Origin: Shigella phage Ag3
Length of the DNA: 64,000 nucleotides
Sequence record: FJ373894
Reading direction: 5' to 3' (one strand)
Position 1 is the stretch's first letter. Every line of letters starts with the position of its first letter. Position numbers and translations under genes: made by a program. Positions 54,768-64,000 of the stretch are shown here, one piece after another. The notes beneath the pieces were generated by a model. The model ran no database searches. It saw only the letters and a program-made list of their open reading frames with translations, and had not been told where the DNA came from.

Positions 54768-56786
54768 TTAGAACACAACTTTCACAGTGCGGTTGAACGA
54801 GCCGCTCACCTTCACGAACACGTGGTTGCGTTGGGTGGTAGAGAAGCCCAGACCGGACAGCTGCTCAGTGCTTGGCTGTACTTTAATCTTACCGCCTAAC
54901 ATTTCAAAAACCTTGCGGTGTTTATCAAGTTCCGGCTTCAGATATTCGTTGTAGAAGCCACGAGTGCCGACAGGGTTAGCACAACCTTCCAGGATGAAGA
55001 ACACGTGCTTGTTGCCCGTCTGCTCGCCGTCCCAATGGTTTGGTGAGTTCAGAACCAGCTGCACTTTCTGGAATACCGAGGTCTTGATGCCCCAGATTTC
55101 CTGCGAGCGTTCGTCGTCCTTCAGGGTAGAACGGATGTCTACCACTTGTCCAGCGCGGACATCAATCACAACAGCCAGAGTGCGATCTTTGTGCTTCAGG
55201 CCAGGATGCGAAAAACGCTTGGTCTGGCCTTTGTATTCAACTTCGATTTCGAAGCCCATATCACAGGTTTCACGCTGGCTGAAGTTAGTGACATAGAACT
55301 CGTACAGACCATCACGCAGCTTGCGTTCATCGCTGAAGAAGATGTTCTCCACCGGGCGGCGGTTGGGGTCAATACCGTCCATACCGTTCATGTCGATATC
55401 CAGGGTTGCGCCAGTTGCCGAGCGACGGTTGTGGTAATACACATGATTGTGTAAAGGATCGTTCAGGCTCAGATCCAGGTCATCGTTGTTATGCCACGCC
55501 AGGGACACACGGAGGAAACCGTCAACGTTGCCGCCTGCCGTCTTCACGCGCTCTTTGATGGAGTCGGCCACTTCACCGTTGTATGACCAGCTGAAGCCGT
55601 TGTTCCACTTGAACAGGTTAGGAGCGCCTGCGGTAGCCGGGGCGATCAGGGACATCAGGTTGCCAGTGTGAGAGTTTTCAACCAGCACTTCCAGGGAATG
55701 CGCCTTTGGCAACACGTTGGTCAGGAAGTCGTCGATGGTGATTTCTTCAACCTTGTCCAGGGACTTGGTCGGAGTCTTCACTTCAGACGCCAGCTGAGCA
55801 AACGGGTCCATCTTCTTCTGCGCTGCCAGGTCGGCAAACAAAACGTTGTTGATGGTCAGGTCGTCATATACAGCATAACGGCGGCCAAGGGATTCGGTCA
55901 GACCCAGCGCTTCGACTTCTTTCTGTGCGTTTTCAATCATGGACTTCGTGACCAGTGCAGTCGGGCGCTTATAGTTCTGAGGAGCGACTTTGGCTTCAAA
56001 GGACTTCACGGCGGTTTCCAGATCCCGACCTTCGTTGAGGTCTACCAACAGAGAGCCAATCACGGTATTACGGATGCCGTGAGGGGTGTGTCCGTTTGCA
56101 CGGTAGCCAGTACGCCAAGCCCACAGAGCGCGTTTCTCTTCTGCAGTTTGTTCGTACAGGGTCTTGCTCGTCACGAACGCCTGCACAGCAGCTTTGTGCT
56201 CTTCACCACGATACAGAGAATTCTGATCAATCAGTTCCAGAACGATTTCGGCCGATTCCAGAGACAGTTCACGCAGGCCGCGCTCAAACACTTCAATCGC
56301 CTGGCGGATTTCACCCTTCTTAGAAGCGATGACATCAGCCCGCAGAACATAGCTGGGCAGCAGGTCGGTGTGGAAGTGGTTGTAGGTGCGGACATTACCG
56401 TCTTTCATTTCGTGATTCGACTCAACACCGACTTTCTTGGTATCGTTGAAGTACACGTCGACGATTGCGTGTTGCTTGACATACGCAGACAGCGCCGCAG
56501 CGACAACGTCGTATTCGTTACCCAGCTGAATGTTATCCCAGATAGAGATCACGTTCAGGTCGGCGTCGATGGTCACCACACCGCCGATGTTACGGATGAA
56601 TTGTTTGCAGCAGGTGCAGTCGTGCTCGGTACGCTCACGGTAAAGCGGGTTGGTGCCAGCAGGGAAAGAAGACAGATACAGATCCCACAGAGCATCTTTA
56701 TCGATGTTGGTCATGAACAGACCAGTTGCTGACATGGCCAGCACGTTGTTATTAACAGCTACTGCGAAGGGCTTAAATTCTGACAT
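54768..56786 (-). CDS. large hypothetical protein
   Basis: 672 aa; no Walker or polymerase motifs recognised. Confidence 0.5.
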   Translation of the reverse strand: MSEFKPFAVAVNNNVLAMSATGLFMTNIDKDALWDLYLSSFPAGTNPLYRERTEHDCTCCKQFIRNIGGVVTIDADLNVISIWDNIQLGNEYDVVAAALSAYVKQHAIVDVYFNDTKKVGVESNHEMKDGNVRTYNHFHTDLLPSYVLRADVIASKKGEIRQAIEVFERGLRELSLESAEIVLELIDQNSLYRGEEHKAAVQAFVTSKTLYEQTAEEKRALWAWRTGYRANGHTPHGIRNTVIGSLLVDLNEGRDLETAVKSFEAKVAPQNYKRPTALVTKSMIENAQKEVEALGLTESLGRRYAVYDDLTINNVLFADLAAQKKMDPFAQLASEVKTPTKSLDKVEEITIDDFLTNVLPKAHSLEVLVENSHTGNLMSLIAPATAGAPNLFKWNNGFSWSYNGEVADSIKERVKTAGGNVDGFLRVSLAWHNNDDLDLSLNDPLHNHVYYHNRRSATGATLDIDMNGMDGIDPNRRPVENIFFSDERKLRDGLYEFYVTNFSQRETCDMGFEIEVEYKGQTKRFSHPGLKHKDRTLAVVIDVRAGQVVDIRSTLKDDERSQEIWGIKTSVFQKVQLVLNSPNHWDGEQTGNKHVFFILEGCANPVGTRGFYNEYLKPELDKHRKVFEMLGGKIKVQPSTEQLSGLGFSTTQRNHVFVKVSGSFNRTVKVVF

Positions 56787-56901
56787 GATGTAGTCTTCCT
56801 GTTTCAGTTCAAATGTGCGCCCCGTTTGCCAGGGCGCTTCGTTTAAGTGAGGTCAATAATACGTTGAAAAAAGTTATTGAAGAATGAAGTAAAGGGAATC
56901 T

Positions 56902-58122
56902 TTATTCAGGTTTCTTCAAACGGTCCAGCAAATTGACGGAACCACGTTTGAGCACGACTTCATCACAGCGCTTTTTGTATTCCCCACCGCCGTCATAGCT
57001 GACCTTGCCCCGAGGTTTTTCGCCGCGCCCAACCGCCTCAACACAGCGAGTGTACTTGCTCAGTTCACAGAACATGTTCTCCAGCTGCATAACGTTCATG
57101 CATTGGTCTACAGGCTCTTCGGCCGACCAGAATTGCTCGCGAACATACCCATATTGGGAGTACACTGCGTCCTGATTATCCCGTAGCCAGAATATGCATT
57201 CTTCGTGAGTCATGCCGTCCTTGTTCAGGAACAGCAGATCAATACCTGCGCGACAGCCCGGTCCGGCGATCGTGAAGTGGTTCTCACTGAACGGATAACC
57301 AGGCATGTACGTGAAGTCAACCCAGATCTGGTATGCCAGGAATGGACCAAGACCTTCGATGTCGTCGTACATGCGCTGGTATACTTCCAGAGGAGTACCA
57401 AGGCGCAGCAGGTCATGGAAGTAATTTGGATACTTGTTGACGAATGCCTTCAGGGAACGGATGACACGCATTGGCATGTACGGCTCCCAGCCTTCTATGG
57501 TGTAGAAGTCCGGCTCTGCTTCAGCAATAGCCTTGGCTTCCTTATAATCCATGTTCTGGGTCGAACCGTCCTTACAGATCAGGTTCACCATCATCCCACC
57601 GAAGCGCTGCTCTTTGTGGTTGACAACCAGCTCAGGGAAAGCCAGGCATTGCTTCAGACCGCCTGTGTTGAAGGCATTGGTGAATACTTTACCGCCGTCG
57701 GCCTCGAACTTCTGAAGTCGTTCGCGGGTTGCGTCAAGGTTGATCTTGGCGAATTCTTTGATCGTCATCGCGCCGCCGATAGCCTGGATCGGATCCCAGA
57801 GGTTGAACATGCGGAACAGAACGCAGTTGAACATCTTGTCTGCCATGCCCAGAGCATCGTTCTTGACGATGTTATTGATCAGGTTGAGAGACTGCCTGTC
57901 GTGCTCTCTCCGGACGTTACAGAACTTGACCTGCCGTAGTATAGGATTATTGGTCCAAGGGGCAGGAAGACGCTGGACGTCCTTCTTGACGTGGATCTTA
58001 TAGCGCTCGCTCATCCATTCGTAAGACAGGCGGGTATGGGTCGGACTGAGAACCGGTTTGGCCGACTTTATCTTTTCTTCACGGACACCGCAGTACGGGA
58101 CGTCCAGGGCTTTATCTTTCAT
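56902..58122 (-). CDS. hypothetical protein
   Basis: 406 aa; no recognised motif. Confidence 0.5.
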   Translation of the reverse strand: MKDKALDVPYCGVREEKIKSAKPVLSPTHTRLSYEWMSERYKIHVKKDVQRLPAPWTNNPILRQVKFCNVRREHDRQSLNLINNIVKNDALGMADKMFNCVLFRMFNLWDPIQAIGGAMTIKEFAKINLDATRERLQKFEADGGKVFTNAFNTGGLKQCLAFPELVVNHKEQRFGGMMVNLICKDGSTQNMDYKEAKAIAEAEPDFYTIEGWEPYMPMRVIRSLKAFVNKYPNYFHDLLRLGTPLEVYQRMYDDIEGLGPFLAYQIWVDFTYMPGYPFSENHFTIAGPGCRAGIDLLFLNKDGMTHEECIFWLRDNQDAVYSQYGYVREQFWSAEEPVDQCMNVMQLENMFCELSKYTRCVEAVGRGEKPRGKVSYDGGGEYKKRCDEVVLKRGSVNLLDRLKKPE

Positions 58123-58191
58123 GGTATCCTCTTAGAATACGAAAAACAGAGGCCATTATAGCCTCTGTTGTTTAGTGAATAACTGTATATC

Positions 58192-59061
58192 TTAATCGAT
58201 ACGGGTCAGCTGGGTTATAGATGGTTGCACTGGGCTGGCCACATAGATACGGACGTTGGCTTTCCATTCACCCCAGATCAACGGCAGAGTTGGGAAGTTG
58301 TCTTCATTGAAAACAAACACGGGAATATAACTCTCGACTGTTTCACCAGAGAACGCCTGGAAGCCCATCTTGGCGTACCCCATAATCTCGTCAACAAAGT
58401 CGAACGGAGCGAAGGCAACACCAGCGTGTTCGTTGCATCCGAGTTGACCTGGGGTAGCCGTGCCCGTCAGAATGATTTCGGTGATCTGGCGCTTAGGCTC
58501 GGTGGTCAACATATCAGAGAAGTCCGGCTCTTTGAATGCTGCCATGTTCTTCAGGAACTTGCCAGCCGGGTACTCTTTGCCGTCGACGGTGATGGTGTCT
58601 ACCACTTTGATGCACGCCTGAGGGAATTCCCCTTCGATGCGTAGACTTTCGCGTGGGAAGCCTTTGTTGTAGTAGTAATCCAGTGCAGGCACAACTTCAC
58701 CTTCATTACGGATGAACTTGCTCATGTTGGAAGCATAAACGCGCTGTAGGCACTCATCGCCGTCGAAACCAGCAATGTGAGCCACGCCGTCATTGACGGT
58801 GGTGATATCACCCTGAGCGTCCATGATGTCCTTCAGGATTTCCTGAATGGTTCTGGTCTGGTAAGGTTCTTGTTTAGGTGTGAGCACCAGATCCAGTTTC
58901 ACATCGCAATCGTAGTACGCCGCCTCTAACAGTTCGCGGGTCTCTTCCAGCACCAGTTTCGCCTGATTGCGGATCTTACCAAAGTCGGGCGATGTGACGT
59001 CGCCCTTTGCATTACCGAAAGCCAGATTCAGATTCACGTTCTTAGAAAATGTAGTTGTCAT
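58192..59061 (-). CDS. hypothetical protein
   Basis: 289 aa; occupies the position downstream of regA where T4 has gene 43. Confidence 0.45.
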   Translation of the reverse strand: MTTTFSKNVNLNLAFGNAKGDVTSPDFGKIRNQAKLVLEETRELLEAAYYDCDVKLDLVLTPKQEPYQTRTIQEILKDIMDAQGDITTVNDGVAHIAGFDGDECLQRVYASNMSKFIRNEGEVVPALDYYYNKGFPRESLRIEGEFPQACIKVVDTITVDGKEYPAGKFLKNMAAFKEPDFSDMLTTEPKRQITEIILTGTATPGQLGCNEHAGVAFAPFDFVDEIMGYAKMGFQAFSGETVESYIPVFVFNEDNFPTLPLIWGEWKANVRIYVASPVQPSITQLTRID

Positions 59062-59077
59062 GATTTAGCGACTCCAG

Positions 59078-59542
59078 TTATTCGCTTTTGGCCTTTGTAG
59101 GCCGGATAATGTATTTTGGGACCAGCTTCCATTCAGGAACCTGATCGTGTTTAACCACTTTAATGCGTGACATATCGGCGGCTTCGGTGACCTGCTCGGG
59201 ATGAATGACCTTCACCATGTTCCACTGCTCAAGCAGCTTGATGATGCGGTTCATCCTCAGGACATCTTCGCGGTTAAACCCGTTGTAATGTCCGTCCAGC
59301 ATAAACAGATGCTTGAAGTGGACGATATAATACTTGCCATACTTATGAAGAATATGACAAGTCTGATACAGAGTATTCGGCTCTTGGCGCGTGTTTACCC
59401 CAATTCGGCTCAGTGTTTCCTTGATCCCCAGGAATATTCCTGGCCGATCTTGGTTCAATTGAACTTCAACCATACAATCAACGATGCTGGCCTCATCGTT
59501 GACGGCTGAAATGTTCAATATGTCTAGCGTATTGCGCGCCAT
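59078..59542 (-). CDS. regA: translational repressor RegA
   Basis: 154 aa; YQTCHILHKYGKYYIVHFK and C-terminal EWKLVPKYIIRP match T4 RegA; position after gene 62 as in T4. Confidence 0.85.
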   Translation of the reverse strand: MARNTLDILNISAVNDEASIVDCMVEVQLNQDRPGIFLGIKETLSRIGVNTRQEPNTLYQTCHILHKYGKYYIVHFKHLFMLDGHYNGFNREDVLRMNRIIKLLEQWNMVKVIHPEQVTEAADMSRIKVVKHDQVPEWKLVPKYIIRPTKAKSE

Positions 59543-59571
59543 GACTCATTCCCCTTTTACAATAGTTTGAA

Positions 59572-59994
59572 CTACTTAGCCTTGCGCGGTTTCGCTTTGG
59601 CGTTCAGCTCAGTACGTCCCATCTTCTCGCGTATCTCGGCCAGGACTTCCTTCGGCAAGAAACGGACGTACTCGGATGCCTTCTCCATGCTGATGTAGAA
59701 GTACTCGGAGAGTAACTTCACGTCAGGATCAATCGGACCTTTCTTAGACCATTTGTCGTAGCGTTTCCGCGCCGGAATGGTGTGAAAGGCATATGACCAT
59801 TGCATCCATGGAGTAACGGCATGCAGCTTGTTCATCTGCTGTGCAGTCACCAGAGTGTCTTTGCTCTGAGCTAAACCACGCCGCGTCATAAACGGGTCGA
59901 ATCCTTTCAACACTTCTGGGTCATCGGACTGCAGAAGGTTTTCTTTGCTGCTGTTCAGAGCAGCCAGGTAATCGAACAATCCAGGGGCGGCCAT
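59572..59994 (-). CDS. 62: clamp loader small subunit (T4 gp62 homolog)
   Basis: 140 aa; IPARKRYDKWSKK matches gp62 VPRGKRYGKWAK; follows gene 44. Confidence 0.7.
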   Translation of the reverse strand: MAAPGLFDYLAALNSSKENLLQSDDPEVLKGFDPFMTRRGLAQSKDTLVTAQQMNKLHAVTPWMQWSYAFHTIPARKRYDKWSKKGPIDPDVKLLSEYFYISMEKASEYVRFLPKEVLAEIREKMGRTELNAKAKPRKAK

Positions 59995-59998
59995 AGTA

Positions 59999-60988
59999 TC
60001 ACTTCCACTTGATGTTGAGCATGACGTTGGTCAGGAAAAACACAGCATGCAGCCAGACATCGCCGACCTGACGGTGTTCAATCTGAGACTGACCACATAC
60101 GCATACCAGATCAGGGATAGACTCATTCTGAACCAGCATCGGCTTCTCTTTATCCTGTGGTACACAGAACTGGAAGAAGCGGGAATAGAAGTCTTCGGTG
60201 ATGTAGTTCTGGTTGTCAGTCACCCACTGCTTCATGCCAGCCCAGTCATTGCCTTTCAGCATATCAACCAACACACCCATGTCGGCAGATTTCAATACGG
60301 CGAGGGCGCGTTCATCGATCTTGCCGTAGGTGGTGACGTTATCCTGTAGGGCACCCATGATGCGGCGGTTATCGGGGAAATGACGTTTGACAATAGCAGC
60401 CAACACAGGAGGGTCATACTCAACACCTTCGCTGCGAAGGATTTCAGCACAGCGGCGCATGAACTGAAGTTTTACCTCATCAGCCTCGGTCTCATTCCAG
60501 ATAAAGTCGATTTCACGGCAACGAGAGCGCAGAGGTTCGTTCACACGCTGCTTGGCGTTGGTGGTCAGGATGAATGAACAGTTCTTGGAGACCTTCTCCA
60601 CAATACCCTTCAGCGACTCCTGTGCCGCCATAGACAGACGCTCTACTTCGTCGAGGATAACGACTTTGCGGCCACCGAATACACTCACACCAGTAGAGTA
60701 CTGAATCACGCGGTCACGGATAACGTCGATGCTGTTGTCCAGGGATGCGTTGATCATCAGTGGTTGCTTACAGCCGATTTCATTACACACGGCCAGGGCA
60801 GAGGTAGTCTTGCCAGTACCAGGCTGAGGGGAGTAGAACAGCATAGACGGGATGTTGCCGTTGCCACTGGTAATGTAGCCATGGATTTTAGCGCGGACGT
60901 CTTGAGGGATGATGATCTCGTCCAGGTTGTCAGGGCGGTACTTGTTTTCCCATGCGTACTGGTCGGAAACGATAGTGATATTAGACAT
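59999..60988 (-). CDS. 44: clamp loader large subunit (AAA+ ATPase, T4 gp44 homolog)
   Basis: ORF 59999..61042, start at ATG 60986-60988 (MSNITIV); Walker A GTGKTT, Walker B ILDEVER, sensor motifs. Confidence 0.85.
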   Translation of the reverse strand: MSNITIVSDQYAWENKYRPDNLDEIIIPQDVRAKIHGYITSGNGNIPSMLFYSPQPGTGKTTSALAVCNEIGCKQPLMINASLDNSIDVIRDRVIQYSTGVSVFGGRKVVILDEVERLSMAAQESLKGIVEKVSKNCSFILTTNAKQRVNEPLRSRCREIDFIWNETEADEVKLQFMRRCAEILRSEGVEYDPPVLAAIVKRHFPDNRRIMGALQDNVTTYGKIDERALAVLKSADMGVLVDMLKGNDWAGMKQWVTDNQNYITEDFYSRFFQFCVPQDKEKPMLVQNESIPDLVCVCGQSQIEHRQVGDVWLHAVFFLTNVMLNIKWK

Positions 60989-61020
60989 TTCAGCCTCGTG
61001 TAGAAGAATCATTTCAAATA

Positions 61021-61039
61021 GGCGGGGAACGCCCCCGCC
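61021..61039 (-). promoter_or_regulatory. stem-loop between gene 45 and gene 44
   Basis: GGCGGGG-aacgc-CCCCGCC in the 45-44 intergenic spacer. Confidence 0.4.
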
Positions 61040-61069
61040 CACACATTATAGCATCAGGCTGGAGATTGA

Positions 61070-61738
61070 TTACTCAATCTGTGCGCCGACGAAGTAATTG
61101 ATCGTCGCGTCGGATGATTGGAAGTTCACCATCTGCAGCTCAGCGCAGGCACGCAGAGTGTAGTTACCTTCGATCATCTTCAGGTTAGCAACGTCCAGTG
61201 GCATGACGAAGTCCGGCAGCGCAGTTTCACCCAGCTCAACGGTGTAGTTGTTGGAGTTGTCCAGGGTAGTGGTGGTTGCAACCAGGCGAGTTTTGCCACC
61301 CTGAGCAACCAGGCGCACAGTCTTGTGACCGAGGGTAGAACAGGCGCGGGTCAGTTCTTTCATCTTCTCTGGAGTGATGATCGCTTCAAAGTCGACAGAC
61401 GGCAGTTCAATGGTGTCAGCCGGAACAACAGTGAGTTCTTTAGCAGAACGCCAGAATTGCAGCTGAGAGCTTTCGCCTTTCAACAGGATGTAGTCCTGAT
61501 GGAATTCGGCTTTACCGCCTTTGAAGGAAGGCAGGCGCTGGATGGCCAGAAGTTTGGTCAGGTCCAGGATAGGGAACTCAAACGGGAAGTCTTCTTCGAT
61601 CTGTGCCACGGCGATAACAGTAGACGAATCGTTAATGCTGCGCAGCATCTTACCCGGTGTCAGAACGATAGATGGGTTGATGGTCTCAAAGTTGGCCAGC
61701 AACTGGAGTGTACGTTCGGAGAGAGTGATCTCTTGCAT
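61070..61738 (-). CDS. 45: sliding clamp (T4 gp45 homolog)
   Basis: 222 aa; N-terminal LQLLANFETINPSIVL matches gp45 LLKNFATINSGIML. Confidence 0.85.
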   Translation of the reverse strand: MQEITLSERTLQLLANFETINPSIVLTPGKMLRSINDSSTVIAVAQIEEDFPFEFPILDLTKLLAIQRLPSFKGGKAEFHQDYILLKGESSQLQFWRSAKELTVVPADTIELPSVDFEAIITPEKMKELTRACSTLGHKTVRLVAQGGKTRLVATTTTLDNSNNYTVELGETALPDFVMPLDVANLKMIEGNYTLRACAELQMVNFQSSDATINYFVGAQIE

Positions 61739-62078
61739 TTATGTATCCTCAAAATATAGTGGGGTTCAAGTCATGTTTGACGCAATCTAGTATCGCTGTG
61801 TTGTGCTTATAGAACAAGTGGCAAATTGCGCTACGCGTTATTAATAAATGCCTTCGGCATTTATGGACTTTATTAAAGATAATAACCTTTATTAATCCTA
61901 TTCGCTTCGCTCATAAAACAAATACTCGTTGTTCGTTAACACTCACAACTCGTATAATACCACGCCATTTGTTCAACAGGAAAGCAATTTTTATTCAACA
62001 GCAAAATTAATTTATTTGGTCTAAACATGCACGCGAAATAATATGTATGTCATGTTAACCAACACACGAGAGTAATAT

Positions 62079-62456
62079 ATGAAACAGTTCGTAGGATTAT
62101 ATGCGGTCGGATGCAGTAAGCCAGACGCCATCCTCACCGCAGGGCAATTTGTCACAGGCACCCCAGTTTGTCTGACGCAGCTGGCGTCAGACAAGAACTT
62201 ACCATCGGAGCCGCGATTTGTCCCTCTGGGTTTGATGACAGGCCTGAAAGTTGGTCTGTATGTCGGTGTGGTGACGTTTGAAAACGGCGTCGAAGCGAAG
62301 GTTCTGCCATTCAAATTGGGCAGCGAACAAATGCTGAAGGACACTATCAGTGAACACCTGAACGCACAATGTCTGGTTTCTCTGGACAAATTGTTCGGCG
62401 CAGTATCTGATGAAGGCGAGGCCACCCCCGCCTATGTGAATCAAGATCAGTCGTGA
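62079..62456 (+). CDS. hypothetical protein
   Basis: 125-aa plus-strand ORF after 340-bp AT-rich intergenic region; 3-prime end overlaps uvsW stop region. Confidence 0.45.
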   Translation: MKQFVGLYAVGCSKPDAILTAGQFVTGTPVCLTQLASDKNLPSEPRFVPLGLMTGLKVGLYVGVVTFENGVEAKVLPFKLGSEQMLKDTISEHLNAQCLVSLDKLFGAVSDEGEATPAYVNQDQS

Positions 62457-63955
62457 TTACCCAGCGCCACCTTCATGAACTCCACAGGGTGGCGCTCTGT
62501 CAGGTAGAACTTGTATCGCTCATGAGAGTGCCTGATAGCGTGGTTCGTGCTGGCGTTGTACGACACATCATCCACTAAGTCCCATATCCACGCGACGTCC
62601 TTGGAGGAGTGCTGACGCATCAGACGACCCAATGTCTGTATGACGCGGATATATGACTTGCTCGGGTGCGCCAGTACAAGGTGGTGTAGCTTCTTGATTG
62701 ACACACCCTGTTGCATTGTCCCGTATGAAGCCAACAACGTGATATCCTCTCCATCCTCCATCGCTTTCTGTATGCGGCGGCGGTCTTCGATCTTCACTTC
62801 CCCGTTGATGACAAACACGTTGGGCTTGACTGCGCTCAGCATATCGTACACAACCATCATGTGGGCGTCAATACGCTCGAACATGATGGCCACGTTCCCT
62901 TTCAGATTCAGTGCCATCTTGGCGATCAGTTCGTTGCGGGACTGGTGTGTAATAAGGTATTCTATTTCCTTGGTATAATCCCCGTCCAGACCAACAGCAT
63001 CCGCCGGAGTGTGCTTTAGCTGAATCATCTTCACTTTGATGTCAGTGGCGTACCCGAGATTGATAAGGTCGCGAGCCGTGATGATCTTATGGTACGCCCC
63101 GAAGTGAGCCACCACCTGAAGCCCGGCAACTTTGGTGTTCGACAGCGTACCTGTAACCCCCAGGCGCTGGTCGGCGTAGATGCAGTTGTTGAGGATATAG
63201 GACAGTTTCTCAGACTTGGAGGTATGCACTTCATCCACCACGATGTCACCGAACTGGTGGAACCATTCCTTCGGCTGGTCTTGAATGCCCTGCCATGTAC
63301 TGATGACGATTGGTTTGCTGATTTCCTTTGTCGCGCCCTCAAAGATCAACTGAGTGTTGGCAACGGGCTTCCAATCGCTGCCGTGTGCGTACTCTTCAAA
63401 GTTGTCGTACAGCTGAGTGACCAGGTGAATCGACGGCACCACGATAAGCGTCTTCAGAGGACTTTCGAGAGCTTCTCTGCGCTGCCTGTAGTACCGCGCC
63501 ATGACATACAGAATAAAGGACTTACCAGCACTCGTAGCCAGTTCACAGACGCATCTGGTTTGACGCATAGCCTTGGCGATGGTGTCGTACTGATAGTCGC
63601 GGGTCTCAGCATCGATGTATTCGTGATTTTCGGTGCGGATCTTTGGATGGAGACTGTCGATGAAGTCATGGATTTCTTGATCTGGGATGTCCTGAATGTA
63701 CTTCAGAGCCGGATCCAGTTCAATGGTGTATTTGTTGTTCTTGCAGAACTTGAACACCTCAAACAGTAGGCCGATATCAATCAGACCGGATGACTTGGTG
63801 AACAAGCGAACAACCCCGTCCCATTTAGAGAAGGGGTTGGGAACGAAGTTCGGGTCTTCGAATTTGAAGTAGTCATTCAGCTCTTCCCTGATAGAAAGAT
63901 CTGCGATGCAACGCATGCGGACTTCGTTAACCTTAACAATCTGAATGTCTGCCAT
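62447..63955 (-). CDS. uvsW: UvsW SF2 DNA helicase
   Basis: 502 aa; Walker A TSAGKS, DEAH-like box (VVDEVH), helicase C motifs; N-terminal region matches T4 UvsW architecture. Confidence 0.85.
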   Translation of the reverse strand: MADIQIVKVNEVRMRCIADLSIREELNDYFKFEDPNFVPNPFSKWDGVVRLFTKSSGLIDIGLLFEVFKFCKNNKYTIELDPALKYIQDIPDQEIHDFIDSLHPKIRTENHEYIDAETRDYQYDTIAKAMRQTRCVCELATSAGKSFILYVMARYYRQRREALESPLKTLIVVPSIHLVTQLYDNFEEYAHGSDWKPVANTQLIFEGATKEISKPIVISTWQGIQDQPKEWFHQFGDIVVDEVHTSKSEKLSYILNNCIYADQRLGVTGTLSNTKVAGLQVVAHFGAYHKIITARDLINLGYATDIKVKMIQLKHTPADAVGLDGDYTKEIEYLITHQSRNELIAKMALNLKGNVAIMFERIDAHMMVVYDMLSAVKPNVFVINGEVKIEDRRRIQKAMEDGEDITLLASYGTMQQGVSIKKLHHLVLAHPSKSYIRVIQTLGRLMRQHSSKDVAWIWDLVDDVSYNASTNHAIRHSHERYKFYLTERHPVEFMKVALGNHD

Positions 63956-64000
63956 ACAAAATCTCCCAAGATATATGGGGTATTTAGCGATCCGGCCAGA

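Noticed and set aside
55668-56732. 354-aa plus-strand ORF antisense to the 672-aa gene
   Set aside because: Embedded antisense ORF in a region where all supported genes are on the minus strand; no start context.
58192-59061. DNA polymerase gene expected downstream of regA by T4 synteny
   Set aside because: No ORF in the window has B-family polymerase motifs (DxxSLYPS, YGDTDS) or sufficient length; the polymerase must lie outside this window.
1-64000. CRISPR array, integrase/attachment sites, transposase or rRNA
   Set aside because: No regularly spaced direct repeats, no tyrosine/serine recombinase or transposase motifs, and no rRNA-like sequence were seen; content is uniformly lytic-phage-like.

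Overview
This 64 kb window is a densely coding segment (about 90 genes, very short intergenic gaps) of a T4-superfamily myovirus genome. Most genes lie on the minus strand and encode early/middle functions: DNA replication (gp41 helicase, gp61 primase, gp32 SSB, gp45 clamp, gp44/gp62 clamp loader, RNase HI, a DinG/XPD-like Fe-S helicase, an HU-like protein), recombination/repair (UvsX, UvsW, gp46/gp47 SbcCD-like nuclease, a RuvC-like resolvase), nucleotide metabolism (class Ia RNR NrdA/NrdB with NrdH-like redoxin, a thymidylate-synthase-family enzyme, dNMP kinase, an all-alpha NTP pyrophosphatase, a P-loop kinase), the translational repressor RegA, a gp55-like late sigma factor, PhoH, an HNH endonuclease and an endolysin. 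A few plus-strand genes are late/structural (gp5-like central spike, gp25, a tail-tube-fold protein), and some carry T4-type TATAAATA late promoters. The accessory content is concentrated at about 42.8-59.1 kb: many small ORFs framed by GC hairpins and early-promoter-like elements, an ACP-like protein lacking the phosphopantetheine serine, a large vWA protein, and a single ORF that fuses a PRPP-synthetase-like N-terminus to a NAMPT-like C-terminus, which I rate as the most interesting feature (candidate single-chain NAD+ reconstitution or salvage enzyme). No rRNA, tRNA or CRISPR array was recognised. All calls rest on motif reading of the supplied translations and by-eye inspection of the nucleotide sequence; no searches were run. 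Coordinates of short motifs and hairpins may be off by 1-2 nt, and interior start codons were chosen by frame arithmetic.
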